This document shows positions 18,952-30,217 of a stretch of DNA of 64,000 nucleotides, piece after piece (position 1 is the stretch's first letter; every line of letters begins with the position of its first letter). The stretch covers positions 356,673-420,672 of the forward strand of contig OZ252241.1 of NCBI GenBank assembly GCA_965249535.1. The letters run 5' to 3'. The stretch comes from Vicinamibacterales bacterium. Its GTDB lineage: Bacteria; Acidobacteriota; Vicinamibacteria; Vicinamibacterales; G965249535. The translations under genes were made by a program, and so were the position numbers. Below the pieces are notes generated by a model. That model ran no database searches. It was not told where the DNA came from and was given only the letters and a program-made list of their open reading frames with translations.

Positions 18952-20583
18952 ATGGCAGCAAAGCAGATTTTGTTTGGCAGTGAATCACGACAGAAGATCA
19001 TCAGCGGAATTGACCAACTTGCTAACGCCGTAAAGGTCACGCTTGGCCCCAAGGGTCGCAACGTCATCCTCGATAAGAAATTTGGTTCGCCCACGATAAC
19101 CAAGGATGGCGTAACTGTTGCAAGAGAAATCGAACTCAAGGATGCAATGGAAAACATGGGCGCGCAAATGCTACGCGAGGTAGCAAGTAAAACCTCAGAC
19201 GTGGCTGGCGACGGCACAACAACCGCCACCGTACTTGCACAAGCAGTTTACCGCGAGGGTGCTAAAAATGTGGTTGCTGGTGCTAATCCTATGGAGATCA
19301 AGCGTGGAATCGAAAAAGCGGTTCAGGCCGTAGTCGGTTCACTACGTAAGCAGTCAAAACCAGTAACCGGTGCAATGATTGCTCAAGTTGGAACGATTTC
19401 CGCCAACCAGGACAGCACGATTGGTTACATCATTGCTGACGCGATGGAAAAGGTTGGTAAGGATGGAGTGATTACAGTCGAGGAATCAAAGACCCTCGAA
19501 ACCTCTCTCGAGGTAGTTGAAGGTATGCAATTCGACAGAGGCTATCTCTCCCCCTACTTCGTAACCGATTCAGAACGCATGGAAGTAGTGTTGGAAAATC
19601 CGGTCATTTTGATACACGAGAAAAAAATAAGCTCGATGAAGGATCTCCTTCCACTACTAGAACAAGTAGCTCGCCTTTCACGCCCACTCGTAATTGTCGC
19701 GGAGGACGTCGAAGGAGAAGCCCTTGCAACTCTAGTTGTCAATAAACTGCGCGGGACTCTTAATGCTGTCGCGGTTAAGGCTCCTGGATTTGGAGATCGC
19801 CGAAAGGCTATGCTAGAAGATATCGCTACACTGACTGGTGGTAAAGCCATCACTGAAGACCTTGGACTTAAACTCGAAAATATTAGAGTGGAAGACCTTG
19901 GTAAGGCCAAAAAAGTCACGATCGATAAAGATAACACCACGATTGTTGAAGGTGGCGGCGCAAAGAAAGAAATTGAAGGTCGGGTCAAACAGATAAGAGC
20001 GCAGATTGAGGATACAACCTCAGATTACGACCAAGAAAAATTACAGGAACGGTTGGCTAAACTTGTCGGTGGCGTCGCAGTAATCAAAGTTGGGGCAGCT
20101 ACTGAAACTGAAATGAAGGAAAAAAAGGCGAGAGTCGAAGATGCGATGCACGCAACTAAAGCTGCTGTTGAAGAGGGGTTCGTAGTGGGTGGTGGAGTTG
20201 CGTTGATTCGTGGACAAAAGGCGCTCAACAACCTTACTGCCAATGGTGACCAACAAATTGGTATCAACATAATCAAACGCGCCCTTGAGGAACCTCTTCG
20301 CTGGATCGCGGGTAATGCTGGCCAAGAAGGGTCTATCGTTGTTCAAAAGGTTAGGGAATCAAAAGATAACTCTGGATTCAACGCACAAACGGAAGTGTAT
20401 CAAGACCTGGTTAAAGCCGGTGTCATCGATCCGACAAAGGTCGTTCGTACCGCATTACAAAATGCAGGCTCTATAGCATCGCTTCTTTTAACGACTGAGG
20501 CACTCATATCCGAAATTCCAGAAGAAAAGAAGGAACCAGCGATGCCACCTGGTGGACCGGGTGGAATGGGTGGTATGTACTGA
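18952..20583 (+). CDS. groEL: chaperonin GroEL
   Basis: MAAKQILFG..., [12 protein letters not shown], and a C-terminal GGMGGMY tail. Confidence 0.97.
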   Translation: MAAKQILFGSESRQKIISGIDQLANAVKVTLGPKGRNVILDKKFGSPTITKDGVTVAREIELKDAMENMGAQMLREVASKTSDVAGDGTTTATVLAQAVYREGAKNVVAGANPMEIKRGIEKAVQAVVGSLRKQSKPVTGAMIAQVGTISANQDSTIGYIIADAMEKVGKDGVITVEESKTLETSLEVVEGMQFDRGYLSPYFVTDSERMEVVLENPVILIHEKKISSMKDLLPLLEQVARLSRPLVIVAEDVEGEALATLVVNKLRGTLNAVAVKAPGFGDRRKAMLEDIATLTGGKAITEDLGLKLENIRVEDLGKAKKVTIDKDNTTIVEGGGAKKEIEGRVKQIRAQIEDTTSDYDQEKLQERLAKLVGGVAVIKVGAATETEMKEKKARVEDAMHATKAAVEEGFVVGGGVALIRGQKALNNLTANGDQQIGINIIKRALEEPLRWIAGNAGQEGSIVVQKVRESKDNSGFNAQTEVYQDLVKAGVIDPTKVVRTALQNAGSIASLLLTTEALISEIPEEKKEPAMPPGGPGGMGGMY

Positions 20584-20690
20584 CGATCAGAGTCCAACTA
20601 CAGTGATTCGGACGAAGTAAGGTAAGGGAGCTGGGGTCTTTTTGGTGTAGTCACCAGGCGGACTTTCGCTCCCTTATCTCGTGTTGTCCT

Positions 20691-21635
20691 CTATCGCAGC
20701 GTAAATGCTAACTCAATGGTGACAAGAACGGATACTGGTTCACCGAACCTCGTACCCGGAATAAAGCGCCATCGCCTAGCTGCTTTAATAGCCTCTTCAT
20801 CCAGTCCAAATACCGGATCCAGTGACTTTACAATCTGAACGTCGCCAACGGTTCCATCCAGAAGCACAACAGCGTCAAGCCAAACAACACCCTGTACCTT
20901 TGCCCGCATTGCTTCAGCCGTGTACTTAGGCGTAACTTCATCGATTACGCGGGGATTCTCAACGTCCACACCAGGACGGTAAATTCCACCACCAACACCC
21001 CCGCCTTCCCCTTCACCAAGTCCTTCTCCCTGACCAGCACCAATCCCAGTTCCTTCACCAGTTCCCGCTCCATTCAACAATCCTGGACCCTGCGATTCCA
21101 TCGATAGCGTACTTAATCCTTCCAAAATACCTGGAAGCGATTCCTCAGCTGCTGACATAGGAATTGCAGATATATTCAATCTTTGTTCCAGTGGGGAGTC
21201 TTCTTCTTCCAAAGGTTCGTCAAGACTCAGTTCTTCCTCTAGATTGAGTTCTTCCACTACTGGCACACTTAACTCATCACTCCCTGGCAATTCAACTTCA
21301 CGTGGCATTTGAAGAGATTCATTCCCACCACCACCACCGCCGCCGCCAAGTCCATCTTGAGGAATCCAAACTAGACTGTAGTTTCTTCGGTTCGGTTCAA
21401 ATTGACTAACTCTGTCTTCTTCTATTGATCCAAGTAAAACTAGAAACACAAGAAACGCGACAATATGAGATGCAAAGGATAATCCAAGTGCACCACCTAT
21501 CCGCTTCTGGCTTGACCCGAGTAAGAACCTAAATTCACTCGAATGTAAATGGTTTGGGGTAACCGACAGTGACTCAACTGCCACGGTGTCACGATCCGTT
21601 GTTCGGCTAGAACTACGCGAAGTTAACTTCGTCAT
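20691..21635 (-). CDS. TonB-family energy-transducer protein
   Basis: One N-terminal TM segment, a Gly/Glu-rich linker, and a C-terminal TonB_C domain (VQGVVWLDAVVLLDGTVGDVQIVKS...AARRWRFIPG). Confidence 0.75.
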   Translation of the reverse strand: MTKLTSRSSSRTTDRDTVAVESLSVTPNHLHSSEFRFLLGSSQKRIGGALGLSFASHIVAFLVFLVLLGSIEEDRVSQFEPNRRNYSLVWIPQDGLGGGGGGGGNESLQMPREVELPGSDELSVPVVEELNLEEELSLDEPLEEEDSPLEQRLNISAIPMSAAEESLPGILEGLSTLSMESQGPGLLNGAGTGEGTGIGAGQGEGLGEGEGGGVGGGIYRPGVDVENPRVIDEVTPKYTAEAMRAKVQGVVWLDAVVLLDGTVGDVQIVKSLDPVFGLDEEAIKAARRWRFIPGTRFGEPVSVLVTIELAFTLR

Positions 21636-21854
21636 AGGTGCACCTGAATCGTGAAACTACTTTCTCTTTTAATTCCGATTCTCGACATCAGAGGTTGGTA
21701 CTCGTAATCCTACCTAATCACTACTACAGACTCGAGACACGTGCTCGCAGGTCCAAGGCAAGAATCTTATTATATCTACTCAGGCATCAAAAAGTTTTCA
21801 GTATCCTAAATTTTAATTCAATTAGATTACCTAACAACTATATGACCCTTTCCT

Positions 21855-22334
21855 TCAGACACGTCCTTTCCAGGCTCCTATAGCAGCATTTCCACCTCCG
21901 TAAGAATGCAATACCGACAAAGCATCGGCCGCACGTGCCTCCGTGTGAATTGCTACTAGCACACCACCCTTCGCTGTCAGGTTTTCAAAGATAAAACCAT
22001 CATGAGCCTGGAATCCCGCTCGGCCTATCGAACGTGCCACACCAATTCGTTCAAGTCCCTCTTCATCGCCCTGCAACTTCTCAATCAAAGTCCCATGAGC
22101 AACTACCGTTCCTATTCCACGAACGTCGAAACTCCTGCCTTCTGTTCCGAACGTTTTTTTGATGAGTTCTATCGCAGTCTGGCTTTCTTTAGCCATTACG
22201 GTGATTGCCTCAGCCGGAAAACCGTGACGAGCAAGCGCCTCTAGTCCACGGTCAGCCCACTCAACGTCTTGAAAAACACCCACCGTATACCCGACATCAT
22301 CAAGTTTGCTCATAGGCGAAACATCTGGACGCAC
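21855..22334 (-). CDS. hypothetical protein (weak resemblance to YflT/general-stress-type domains)
   Basis: 159-aa ORF. GTG start is preceded by AAGGGGGA 6 nt upstream. I recognise no firm family signature. Confidence 0.4.
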   Translation of the reverse strand: MRPDVSPMSKLDDVGYTVGVFQDVEWADRGLEALARHGFPAEAITVMAKESQTAIELIKKTFGTEGRSFDVRGIGTVVAHGTLIEKLQGDEEGLERIGVARSIGRAGFQAHDGFIFENLTAKGGVLVAIHTEARAADALSVLHSYGGGNAAIGAWKGRV

Positions 22335-22627
22335 GGGCGGTCCCCCTTTCAGTAATCATCGTTGATATACACGCTTACTTCTTCATGTTCTCCGTCTCTA
22401 TCGCTCCAATCATTAGACGGCTTTCAGTTTACCGGCTCCGGACGTCCATTTGCAAAGGAAGCTCCTTTAGAACCTAAGACACAAATTGCAAAAGATCCGA
22501 CTGTTATCGCACCAGAGCCAATGTTGATGCTCGGGTTAACTCCCCTCTTAGAAATGGGTTATGAGATCAACAAAGGTACACTTACTCTCCTGTGCACGAT
22601 TGGTAATCCGACCGACACAGATTATCT

Positions 22628-24595
22628 CTAGATCACCACACGAACGTCTCCAATTCGACGTGTGACCCGCTCCCGATCAAGGTATTCGAGCAGTGGAATA
22701 GCAAATTTCCTAGTTAGTCCATGGCGCTCTTTGAATGAAGCCACGTCGATTGCAACCTTGTCGTCACAGACATCCTTCAAGGCCACAACGTCATTCTTTA
22801 AGCGTTGCAGAACGTCCGAATGAAAAAGCAAAGCCTCAATCCGAACTAATACTTTCTGACGAATCAGCAATTGTACCATTCGATCTGTTACTCGTGGTTC
22901 AAGGCCAGTTACGGCCGCTAGGCTGGTCGGAACAGGTGGCCTAAGACCTTTTGATCTTATTACTTGCTCGATCGTCGACCGAGCATATGTCTCAGTCTCA
23001 GACAACGAAAACTTGTGCGTCGCTAGACTCAGTGTACCGCGCCCAAAAACATGACCTTTCTCTACAAGATCCTGTAAGACTCGATCAAACACTTCAGAAT
23101 GTACGCGACCGAATAGCTGTTCTCTCGCATGCTCTCGTGGTACACCGCCAATTAAAGGGTTTTCTTTATGATAATCCTCGATCACTTTAAGTAATCGTTC
23201 TTTTAATACTTCTAGAATTTTCACAGCCACTAATACATCCCCGGCACGCACAGCTAACCCTTGGTCAATCAATCGTTCAACTAATTCCCTCGTCATTTTC
23301 TTTGTAACACCAGCACGACTCGGAAGAATCTCTAGGGGTAAACCTAAGGATCCCCGTGCATTAATCATAGCCGCGATCGTTTGTTCCAGTCGTACTGATC
23401 CTCTTCCCTCATAATCCAGGCGTTCAAATCGTTCTCGAGCAGCCTTTGAACTGATCCGACCCTTCACGGGTTGTGGATCAAGAATGTACCCACCACCAAT
23501 CGTCGTCGATGGAGAATATGCACGAACGATGTACCTATCCCCACGTGTAAGCACAGCCAGTTTTTCTAATCGAATTCGAACGTATGACAGGCTGCTAGGA
23601 TTTACAACCGTCGATACTCTAGCGCCATCTTCTTTGTTCGTCTTATCCCCTTGGATACTTGAGAGTGAAACTGAACCTGCGATCGAAACTCGTCCAAGCA
23701 CTTCACTAGTTCCCTGATGAATCCGAATACGTACTCCATGCCGAAGTGGTCGAACGTTTGGTAACAACTCTAGCACCGCATCAAACTGGCGCGTTGCTCG
23801 AATGCATCCGACAGTCGCCAAAGTATCACCTCGTCCTATTTCAGCCACATTAATGCCAGCAAGATTTACTGCAACACGTTGACCTGCACCAGCGAACATT
23901 CGACGTTCTCCATGTACTTGAACACCTCGGATCTTCACCTTGCGATTAGATGGAAGTAGTAGCAACTCGCTATCCGAGTTTATTCGACCGGAAACTTGTG
24001 TTCCAGTAACTACGGTACCAAACCCTTTGATCGAAAAGACACGATCGATCGGCAAGCGAACCGAATCAGATTCAGATCTAGTTACAACACCATCAGCGGC
24101 TTCCGCGAGAACCGAACGTAACTCCGTTAACCCTTCCTCTGTCTTGACGGAAACTGGCACTATTGGCGCATTTTCAAGAAACGACCCAGTAATTAGCTCA
24201 CGCGTCTCAAGCCGCACTAGTTCAATTGTCTCGGCGTCCACTAAATCAATCTTCGTCAGAGCCACCACTCCACCTGGGATCTGAAGTAGTCGGCAGATAT
24301 CAAAATGCTCTCGCGTTTGTGGCATTATCGATTCATCAGCCGCAATCACCAGCATTACAAAGTCTATCCCACTCGCTCCGGCGAGCATGTTCTTAATAAA
24401 ACGTTCATGGCCAGGCACATCCACAAATGACAACTTGGTTTGCCCTACCGTACAATGAGCAAATCCCAACTCGATCGTAATTCCTCGAATCTTTTCTGCT
24501 ATTAAACGATCAGGATCCGTTCCTGTCAGTGCCTTTACTAGCGTACTCTTACCATGATCGATATGACCCGAAGTACCGATTATGACTTGCTTCAT
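22628..24595 (-). CDS. selB: selenocysteine-specific translation elongation factor SelB
   Basis: [29 protein letters not shown] and TKIDL GTPase motifs. A long C-terminal extension of about 300 aa has winged-helix-like repeats, as in SelB. Confidence 0.9.
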   Translation of the reverse strand: MKQVIIGTSGHIDHGKSTLVKALTGTDPDRLIAEKIRGITIELGFAHCTVGQTKLSFVDVPGHERFIKNMLAGASGIDFVMLVIAADESIMPQTREHFDICRLLQIPGGVVALTKIDLVDAETIELVRLETRELITGSFLENAPIVPVSVKTEEGLTELRSVLAEAADGVVTRSESDSVRLPIDRVFSIKGFGTVVTGTQVSGRINSDSELLLLPSNRKVKIRGVQVHGERRMFAGAGQRVAVNLAGINVAEIGRGDTLATVGCIRATRQFDAVLELLPNVRPLRHGVRIRIHQGTSEVLGRVSIAGSVSLSSIQGDKTNKEDGARVSTVVNPSSLSYVRIRLEKLAVLTRGDRYIVRAYSPSTTIGGGYILDPQPVKGRISSKAARERFERLDYEGRGSVRLEQTIAAMINARGSLGLPLEILPSRAGVTKKMTRELVERLIDQGLAVRAGDVLVAVKILEVLKERLLKVIEDYHKENPLIGGVPREHAREQLFGRVHSEVFDRVLQDLVEKGHVFGRGTLSLATHKFSLSETETYARSTIEQVIRSKGLRPPVPTSLAAVTGLEPRVTDRMVQLLIRQKVLVRIEALLFHSDVLQRLKNDVVALKDVCDDKVAIDVASFKERHGLTRKFAIPLLEYLDRERVTRRIGDVRVVI

Positions 24596-24686
24596 TGCAG
24601 TTAGCCGACATTAGGTGCTGACAAAACTCTGACGTTAACTCAGATTTACCGGCATTGGGTACTCGTATGAATTGTAGTACAGATGA

Positions 24687-26972
24687 TCATTGCCGTCGTT
24701 TTCTCGCGTGATGCCTAAAACGATCATTAGACTTCAGATTCTTCCCCTTTGAACGTACACTGCTTCTTCCATATTCCCCGACCCGTTCAGATGTCCGTAG
24801 ACGGGCAAGAACATCGACTAGCCCTAGTTCCAGTTGCGGAGGTCCCTCTTCGACACGGATCACCTGGACACGAACTGGATCACCCAATCGGTAGATTTTC
24901 TTTGTAGTCTCTCCCATTAGCAACTGTTCCCTTGAGAAAAACTGATAGTAATCATCCGCCATAGTTGTCACATGTACAAGCCCTTCAACGAAGTGCTCGA
25001 TCAATTCAACGAATAGACCAAATCGCGTTACCCCGGTCACGTGTCCAGTGAACTCATCTCCCACTTTATCAGCCATGAAACGAACCTTTTTCCATTCTAT
25101 AAGCTCTCTTTCCGCTTCTTCTGCGCGACGCTCTCTCTCCGAGGCATGACCCGCAGTTTCTGGTAATTGTTCTTTCAATTCCTGCCGTCGAGTCTCATCC
25201 ATAAAGCCCATGCGGCACTCACGAAGGATTCTGTGAACAAGAAGGTCAGGATATCGACGAATGGGAGACGTGAAATGCGTGTAACTCGCCGACGCCAACC
25301 CAAAATGACCCAAGTTGGTTGCCGCGTATCGGGCTTTCTGCATGGTTCGCAATATCAATAAAGCAACAGTCTTCTCTTCTGGCTTTCCTTGTAATCGCTT
25401 CAGAAGCTGTCTGAAGTCCATGGGTTTAGGTGAATTACCAGAAGTAGTCAATCTATAACCGAGCGCCGACAGAAACTCTTCAAGTTCAATAACCTTAGAC
25501 GGATCTGGGTCTTCGTGAACTCGATACAGTGATGGAACGCCGAGTTTCTCAAGATGACATGCTACGGTCTCATTTGCCACCAGCATAAATTCCTCAACTA
25601 TCTGATGAGCGAGAGTTCGTTTGACACCCACGATCTGCTCAACACATCCCGATTCACTAATTATTATTTCTGCCTCCTTAAAATCAAAGTCGATGGCACC
25701 ACGACGAGATCGGCGCTCATTCAAAACGTAAAATAACTTCTCGCTTAAATCCAACAAAGGCACAAGGGTCTCGTATCTGTCGCACGTTTCTGGCTCATGA
25801 TTTACAAGAATTTGTTCAACTTCTGCATACGTCATTCTTGCGTCGCTCCGAATCACACCTTCATGTATTTCGTAACGTACAACGATTCCCTCCTGAGTGA
25901 TTTCCATCAAACAAGACTGCACGAGTCGATCTACATTAGGATTTAAACTACATAATCCGGTCGCGAAAGCCTCCGGAAACATATGAACGGCTTGATCAGG
26001 AAAGTACACGGACGTACCACGAGCATAGGCTTCCGCATCAAGTGCCCCCCCCTCCTTAACGTAGTGCGACACGTCAGCAATGTGCACACCAAGCCAATAA
26101 TTCCCAGTCCTTAAACGTTCAACGGTGATAGCGTCATCAAAATCTCTTGAATTGTCACCGTCGATTGTAATTGTTTGCAACGATCGGAAATCTGTTCGGC
26201 CACATAAGTCCTTGCTGCCAACGATGTTGCCAAGCTCACGCACTTCATCAGCGGCTCTAGAACTGTGAGCCATTGCAATCTTGTGCTTTCGTATAATCAA
26301 TTGAGTATCGACACCTGCTGCGTTGATGTCCCCTATAACCTCTATGATACGTCCTGCTGCCTTGCGACTCTCTGTTGGCCCTCCTATTAACTCCACATCA
26401 ACCATCTGACCAGATCTGGCTCCACCCCTGCCTCCATGTAAAATCTCTACAGTCACATCAAATCTGCGATCAAAAGGTATGACAAAAGCATTGTCATTTT
26501 CGTCAGTATCATAGCGACCAACTAACGTAGTCACAGCTCTCTGCAAAAGACGCATAACTCGCCCTTTTGTCCGATCGCTACTCGATCGTTCGACAGAAAC
26601 AACAACTCGGTCTCCGTGCATCGCATCCTTAAGGTTAATACCAGACACGTAAATATCAGGTCCTCTCTTTTCCATCGGACCATCTTGAATCACAAACCCG
26701 AACCCACGAGAATTGACTTCGACACGCCCAGTAACCTGTTTCGTCTCATTTGGAAGACAATACCGATTACCACGTGTTTTAATCAGAGCACCCTTTTCAA
26801 TCAGTTTCGAAATACGACGCATGAAAGTCTGTCGCCGTGCTCGCGGTACTTTAAGAATTTGAAATAACTCAGAAACAGAGGCGGGCTGATCTATCTTCTC
26901 TCGAATTAATCTGAGGACCTGCTCTTCACCTAGTTTCTTTTTACGGGATAAATGCGTTACTTCTCTCACCAC
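24687..26972 (-). CDS. rnr: ribonuclease R
   Basis: Cold-shock-like N-domains, an RNB catalytic domain (TIDGxxSRDFDDA...HxALxxxxYTHFTSPIRRYPDLxVHR), an S1 domain, and a basic tail. Confidence 0.95.
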   Translation of the reverse strand: MVREVTHLSRKKKLGEEQVLRLIREKIDQPASVSELFQILKVPRARRQTFMRRISKLIEKGALIKTRGNRYCLPNETKQVTGRVEVNSRGFGFVIQDGPMEKRGPDIYVSGINLKDAMHGDRVVVSVERSSSDRTKGRVMRLLQRAVTTLVGRYDTDENDNAFVIPFDRRFDVTVEILHGGRGGARSGQMVDVELIGGPTESRKAAGRIIEVIGDINAAGVDTQLIIRKHKIAMAHSSRAADEVRELGNIVGSKDLCGRTDFRSLQTITIDGDNSRDFDDAITVERLRTGNYWLGVHIADVSHYVKEGGALDAEAYARGTSVYFPDQAVHMFPEAFATGLCSLNPNVDRLVQSCLMEITQEGIVVRYEIHEGVIRSDARMTYAEVEQILVNHEPETCDRYETLVPLLDLSEKLFYVLNERRSRRGAIDFDFKEAEIIISESGCVEQIVGVKRTLAHQIVEEFMLVANETVACHLEKLGVPSLYRVHEDPDPSKVIELEEFLSALGYRLTTSGNSPKPMDFRQLLKRLQGKPEEKTVALLILRTMQKARYAATNLGHFGLASASYTHFTSPIRRYPDLLVHRILRECRMGFMDETRRQELKEQLPETAGHASERERRAEEAERELIEWKKVRFMADKVGDEFTGHVTGVTRFGLFVELIEHFVEGLVHVTTMADDYYQFFSREQLLMGETTKKIYRLGDPVRVQVIRVEEGPPQLELGLVDVLARLRTSERVGEYGRSSVRSKGKNLKSNDRFRHHARKRRQ

Positions 26973-26982
26973 TCTCTCACTT

Positions 26983-28236
26983 CTAGTCAGAAACTAACGC
27001 TATCTGAACATCTCCAACGTTTGTATTCGTTGGACCAATCTTTAGCAGATCTCCAAGGAGTTCAAAATAAGCGTACGAATTATTCTCAATGAGGTACGAT
27101 TCAGGGTCGCCAATATTTCGTTCAAATGCTCGTTCAAAAGTCCTACTATCCACAATAGCCCCAGCCGCATCAGTCGGCCCGTCCACTCCATCTGTGCCAA
27201 AGCTTGCCAGAACTGCTCTCTCTCCAAGCCGCCCGATGTTTCGTACGGTCGCGAGAGCTAGTTCCTGATTCCGACCACCACGTCCCTTGCCAACAACTTT
27301 CACCGTTGTTTCACCAGACGACAGTAAACACACAGGACGTCGTCCTAGCTCATGGACTGTTTCAATAAGGCGAGCCAGGTGATTACGTCCCGCCACCTGG
27401 GCCTCTCCGACAACTGGACGCTCAAACGTAGCCACTCTATAGCCGAGCGAAGCCGCTGTTCTCTTAGCTCCATCTATCGCTTGTTGTCGACTTCCGATCA
27501 CGTGTAGAGTGGAACGATCGAGACGTGGATCGTCAGGCTTCGGTGTTTCTGGTAAGTCCGACCTAATACCTCTTTCGAGCACACGCCTCGCGGCTTTTGG
27601 AAATTCTTGATTCAAGTCAGCCATCTCTACTATGTGGAGTGCCTGCTCAAACGTACTAGGATCGGCCACAGTAAGTCCTGATCCTATCACCGTCGGGTCA
27701 TCTTCAATCGGCCCAACAACGTCTGAAATAGCCAACGTCATGACCGGACACCGTGCTACCGCCGCCAGTCGGCCTCCCTTTATGCTCGACAAGTGCTTCC
27801 TTACACAGTTGAGTTTATTAATTTCAACTCCTGCTGATAGCATTACTTGCGTTGCGGTTACCTTCTCATTAAAATTCAGTCCCTCAACAGGCACAGACAA
27901 GAGAGATGACGCACCACCACTCAAGAGAACCACCATTTGACTATCAGTAGAGATCTCACGAGCAAGTTTAAGTGCTTTTTTCCCTGCGGATAAACTTTGA
28001 CTATTCGGCAATGGATGACCAGCCACCTGCCACTCAAGTTGTTTTGGTAGTTGTTCCGATCCATGGGGACCCACAACAATACCGCGTATGAGTTCTCCTT
28101 CGAATAAGTCGCTAAATGTAATGGCCATCGGTGCTGCCGCCTTTCCAGCAGCAACCACTGTCACAGGCCTACCTGAAAACCATGACCGGATAGATTGATT
28201 TTTCAGGGCCTGCTCAACTAGGCGGGGCGCTGCCAC
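26983..28236 (-). CDS. glycerate 2-kinase / hydroxypyruvate-reductase-like protein (DUF4147 + MOFRL)
   Basis: VVAAGKAAxxMA, LLSGGASSLL and SGGETTVxVxGxGxGGRNQE motifs. The track start is a GTG, but family-like sequence continues upstream (see findings). Confidence 0.8.
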   Translation of the reverse strand: MAAPRLVEQALKNQSIRSWFSGRPVTVVAAGKAAAPMAITFSDLFEGELIRGIVVGPHGSEQLPKQLEWQVAGHPLPNSQSLSAGKKALKLAREISTDSQMVVLLSGGASSLLSVPVEGLNFNEKVTATQVMLSAGVEINKLNCVRKHLSSIKGGRLAAVARCPVMTLAISDVVGPIEDDPTVIGSGLTVADPSTFEQALHIVEMADLNQEFPKAARRVLERGIRSDLPETPKPDDPRLDRSTLHVIGSRQQAIDGAKRTAASLGYRVATFERPVVGEAQVAGRNHLARLIETVHELGRRPVCLLSSGETTVKVVGKGRGGRNQELALATVRNIGRLGERAVLASFGTDGVDGPTDAAGAIVDSRTFERAFERNIGDPESYLIENNSYAYFELLGDLLKIGPTNTNVGDVQIALVSD

Positions 28237-28702
28237 TGTGTCTATCGCGGCTCGCGCAATCTTTAAAAGATCCTGGCGTAGTTCCTTAAGAGGGCGTATC
28301 AGTGAATTTTCTTCGTGTCCGTCTACTCGGACATTTATGTCAAGATGTCAAACTTTCTTAAGCAACTAGCTCCGAACTTATCCGACTTCGCTTCTTAGAA
28401 AGACTTATTCATACCAGAGCACAATGCCGCTAAGTGTAGGTTGCTATCTGTAGCGACACCCCCGGAGCAACACATCTGAAAACACTTAATTCATCTTATA
28501 TATTCTAAAAAGTCCTTTCGCCCTAATTATTTCTTTAACGGCTCTAAACAGTCAATCATGAGTTAAACGAGCCCACACATAATATGCAGCCCAACTCATT
28601 GCTAAGCCTCAAAATCTGCGTCTGTCAACGACTGACACATCATCGCCTGTAGTCTACTTCTAAGAGACTCGCATCCATCACCCTGACGAACTACATGTAG
28701 CT

Positions 28703-30163
28703 TCACTCTAAAGTCTGATCATGAAGGAGACGTCTTAGGAGATTATTTACAAGCTTTGGATTGGCGGTACCTCCGGTAGCTTTCATGACTTGACCTACAA
28801 GAAACCCTAGCGTCGTCGTTTTACCAGCTCGATACTGCTCAGCCGCTTTCAGATTACACCTGATAGTTTCTATTACGATTCGCTCAAGCTCTACTTCATC
28901 ATCGATCTGTCCGAGGCCTTCTTCCTGAACAATCGATTCAGCGGATCTCCCTGATGCGTACAGTTTATCAAAAACCACTTTAGCTATTGGTATTGTGATA
29001 GTTCCTGCATCAACAAGTTTAATCAAACCAGCTAGGTCATAAGGTGAAAGACTTGACTCGGCTACACTTATTCCTTGCTCGTTCAGTTTTCTCATCAACT
29101 CACCCATGATCCAGTTACTTGACGCCTTGGCATTCTTTGTTACAGTGGCTGTGAGTTCAAAAAAGTCTGCAAGCTCACGGGATTGTGTGAGAAGAAGCGC
29201 ATCATTTTCCGGTAACCCGTAATCTTCAACAAATCGTTTCCGTCGAACTTCAGGTAACTCCGGAAGAGTAGCTCTAATTTCCTCAATCCATTCCGAAGAA
29301 ATCCTCAACGGTGGAAGGTCAGGCTCAGGGAAATAGCGATAATCGTGGGCCTCTTCCTTTGTTCTCATTGAGTAGGTTCGGCCATCCTCCGCATCCCACA
29401 GCCGCGTCTCCTGAAGAATCACTCCTCCTCCTTGAAGAACGATGATCTGACGTTCAAACTCATATTCTAGCGCGCGCTGTAGGAACCGAAACGAATTGAT
29501 GTTCTTGATCTCAACCTTGACGCCAAGTGCTTGTTCACCAACTCGCCTCACTGAGATATTCGCGTCACATCGTAGACTTCCCTCTTCCATGTTTCCATCA
29601 TTCACACCAACTGCCATTAGTACGGACCGTAGCCGCTCGAAACAGCGTGCTGCATCAGCAGCTGAATTCATCTCTGGTTCCGTAACAATCTCGACTAGAG
29701 GTACACCGCTTCGGTTGAAATCGAGGTAAGTCTTTCGATCTGAATCTGGGAAACCTGAATGGAGGGACTTTCCAGCATCTTCTTCAAGATGTACTCGTAC
29801 GATACCTATTCTACGCTGAACAGCCCCAAAACCATACTCCAGTAGCCCTTTACTCGCAACTGGTTGTTCATATTGCGATATCTGATATCCCTTTGGAAGG
29901 TCTGGATAAAAATAATTCTTACGCGCAAAAATAGACGTTTGATTGATCGTACAACCAAAGGCAAGGGAAGCCTTGATCGCATGTTCAACGGCACGCTTAT
30001 TCAGTGCCGGTAGGGCTCCAGGCAACCCCATACACACTGGACACACGTGGCTGTTAGCTGGAGCCCCGAATGTCGCGCTGCATCCACAAAAAATCTTCGT
30101 CTGAGTAAAAAGCCGCGCGTGGATTTCGAGGCCAATAACAGGTTCGAAATCCATGAGACTCAA
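28703..30163 (-). CDS. gatB: Asp-tRNA(Asn)/Glu-tRNA(Gln) amidotransferase subunit B
   Basis: EPVIGLEIHxxL...KIFCxC and NSFR motifs, with a YqeY-like C-terminus. Confidence 0.95.
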   Translation of the reverse strand: MSLMDFEPVIGLEIHARLFTQTKIFCGCSATFGAPANSHVCPVCMGLPGALPALNKRAVEHAIKASLAFGCTINQTSIFARKNYFYPDLPKGYQISQYEQPVASKGLLEYGFGAVQRRIGIVRVHLEEDAGKSLHSGFPDSDRKTYLDFNRSGVPLVEIVTEPEMNSAADAARCFERLRSVLMAVGVNDGNMEEGSLRCDANISVRRVGEQALGVKVEIKNINSFRFLQRALEYEFERQIIVLQGGGVILQETRLWDAEDGRTYSMRTKEEAHDYRYFPEPDLPPLRISSEWIEEIRATLPELPEVRRKRFVEDYGLPENDALLLTQSRELADFFELTATVTKNAKASSNWIMGELMRKLNEQGISVAESSLSPYDLAGLIKLVDAGTITIPIAKVVFDKLYASGRSAESIVQEEGLGQIDDEVELERIVIETIRCNLKAAEQYRAGKTTTLGFLVGQVMKATGGTANPKLVNNLLRRLLHDQTLE

Positions 30164-30217
30164 CGTTTACCTATTTGTTCCAATTACTAAGTCCTTAATT
30201 CTTTATTTTTTCTAAAC

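Noticed and set aside
20624-20675. Bidirectional terminator between the convergent groEL and tonB-like genes (AAGGGAGC...GCTCCCTT)
   Set aside because: The arms are 36 nt apart with only imperfect inner pairing, and the T5 run lies inside the loop rather than after the stem. This is not convincing without folding calculations.
22362-22631. 89-aa ORF (+) downstream of selB. Also a minus-strand Gly-rich frame containing an in-frame TGA, considered as a selenoprotein gene next to selB
   Set aside because: The plus ORF has a TTG start, no RBS and an unremarkable sequence. The minus-strand frame has no ATG, GTG or TTG start at all, and I saw no convincing SECIS-like hairpin after the TGA.
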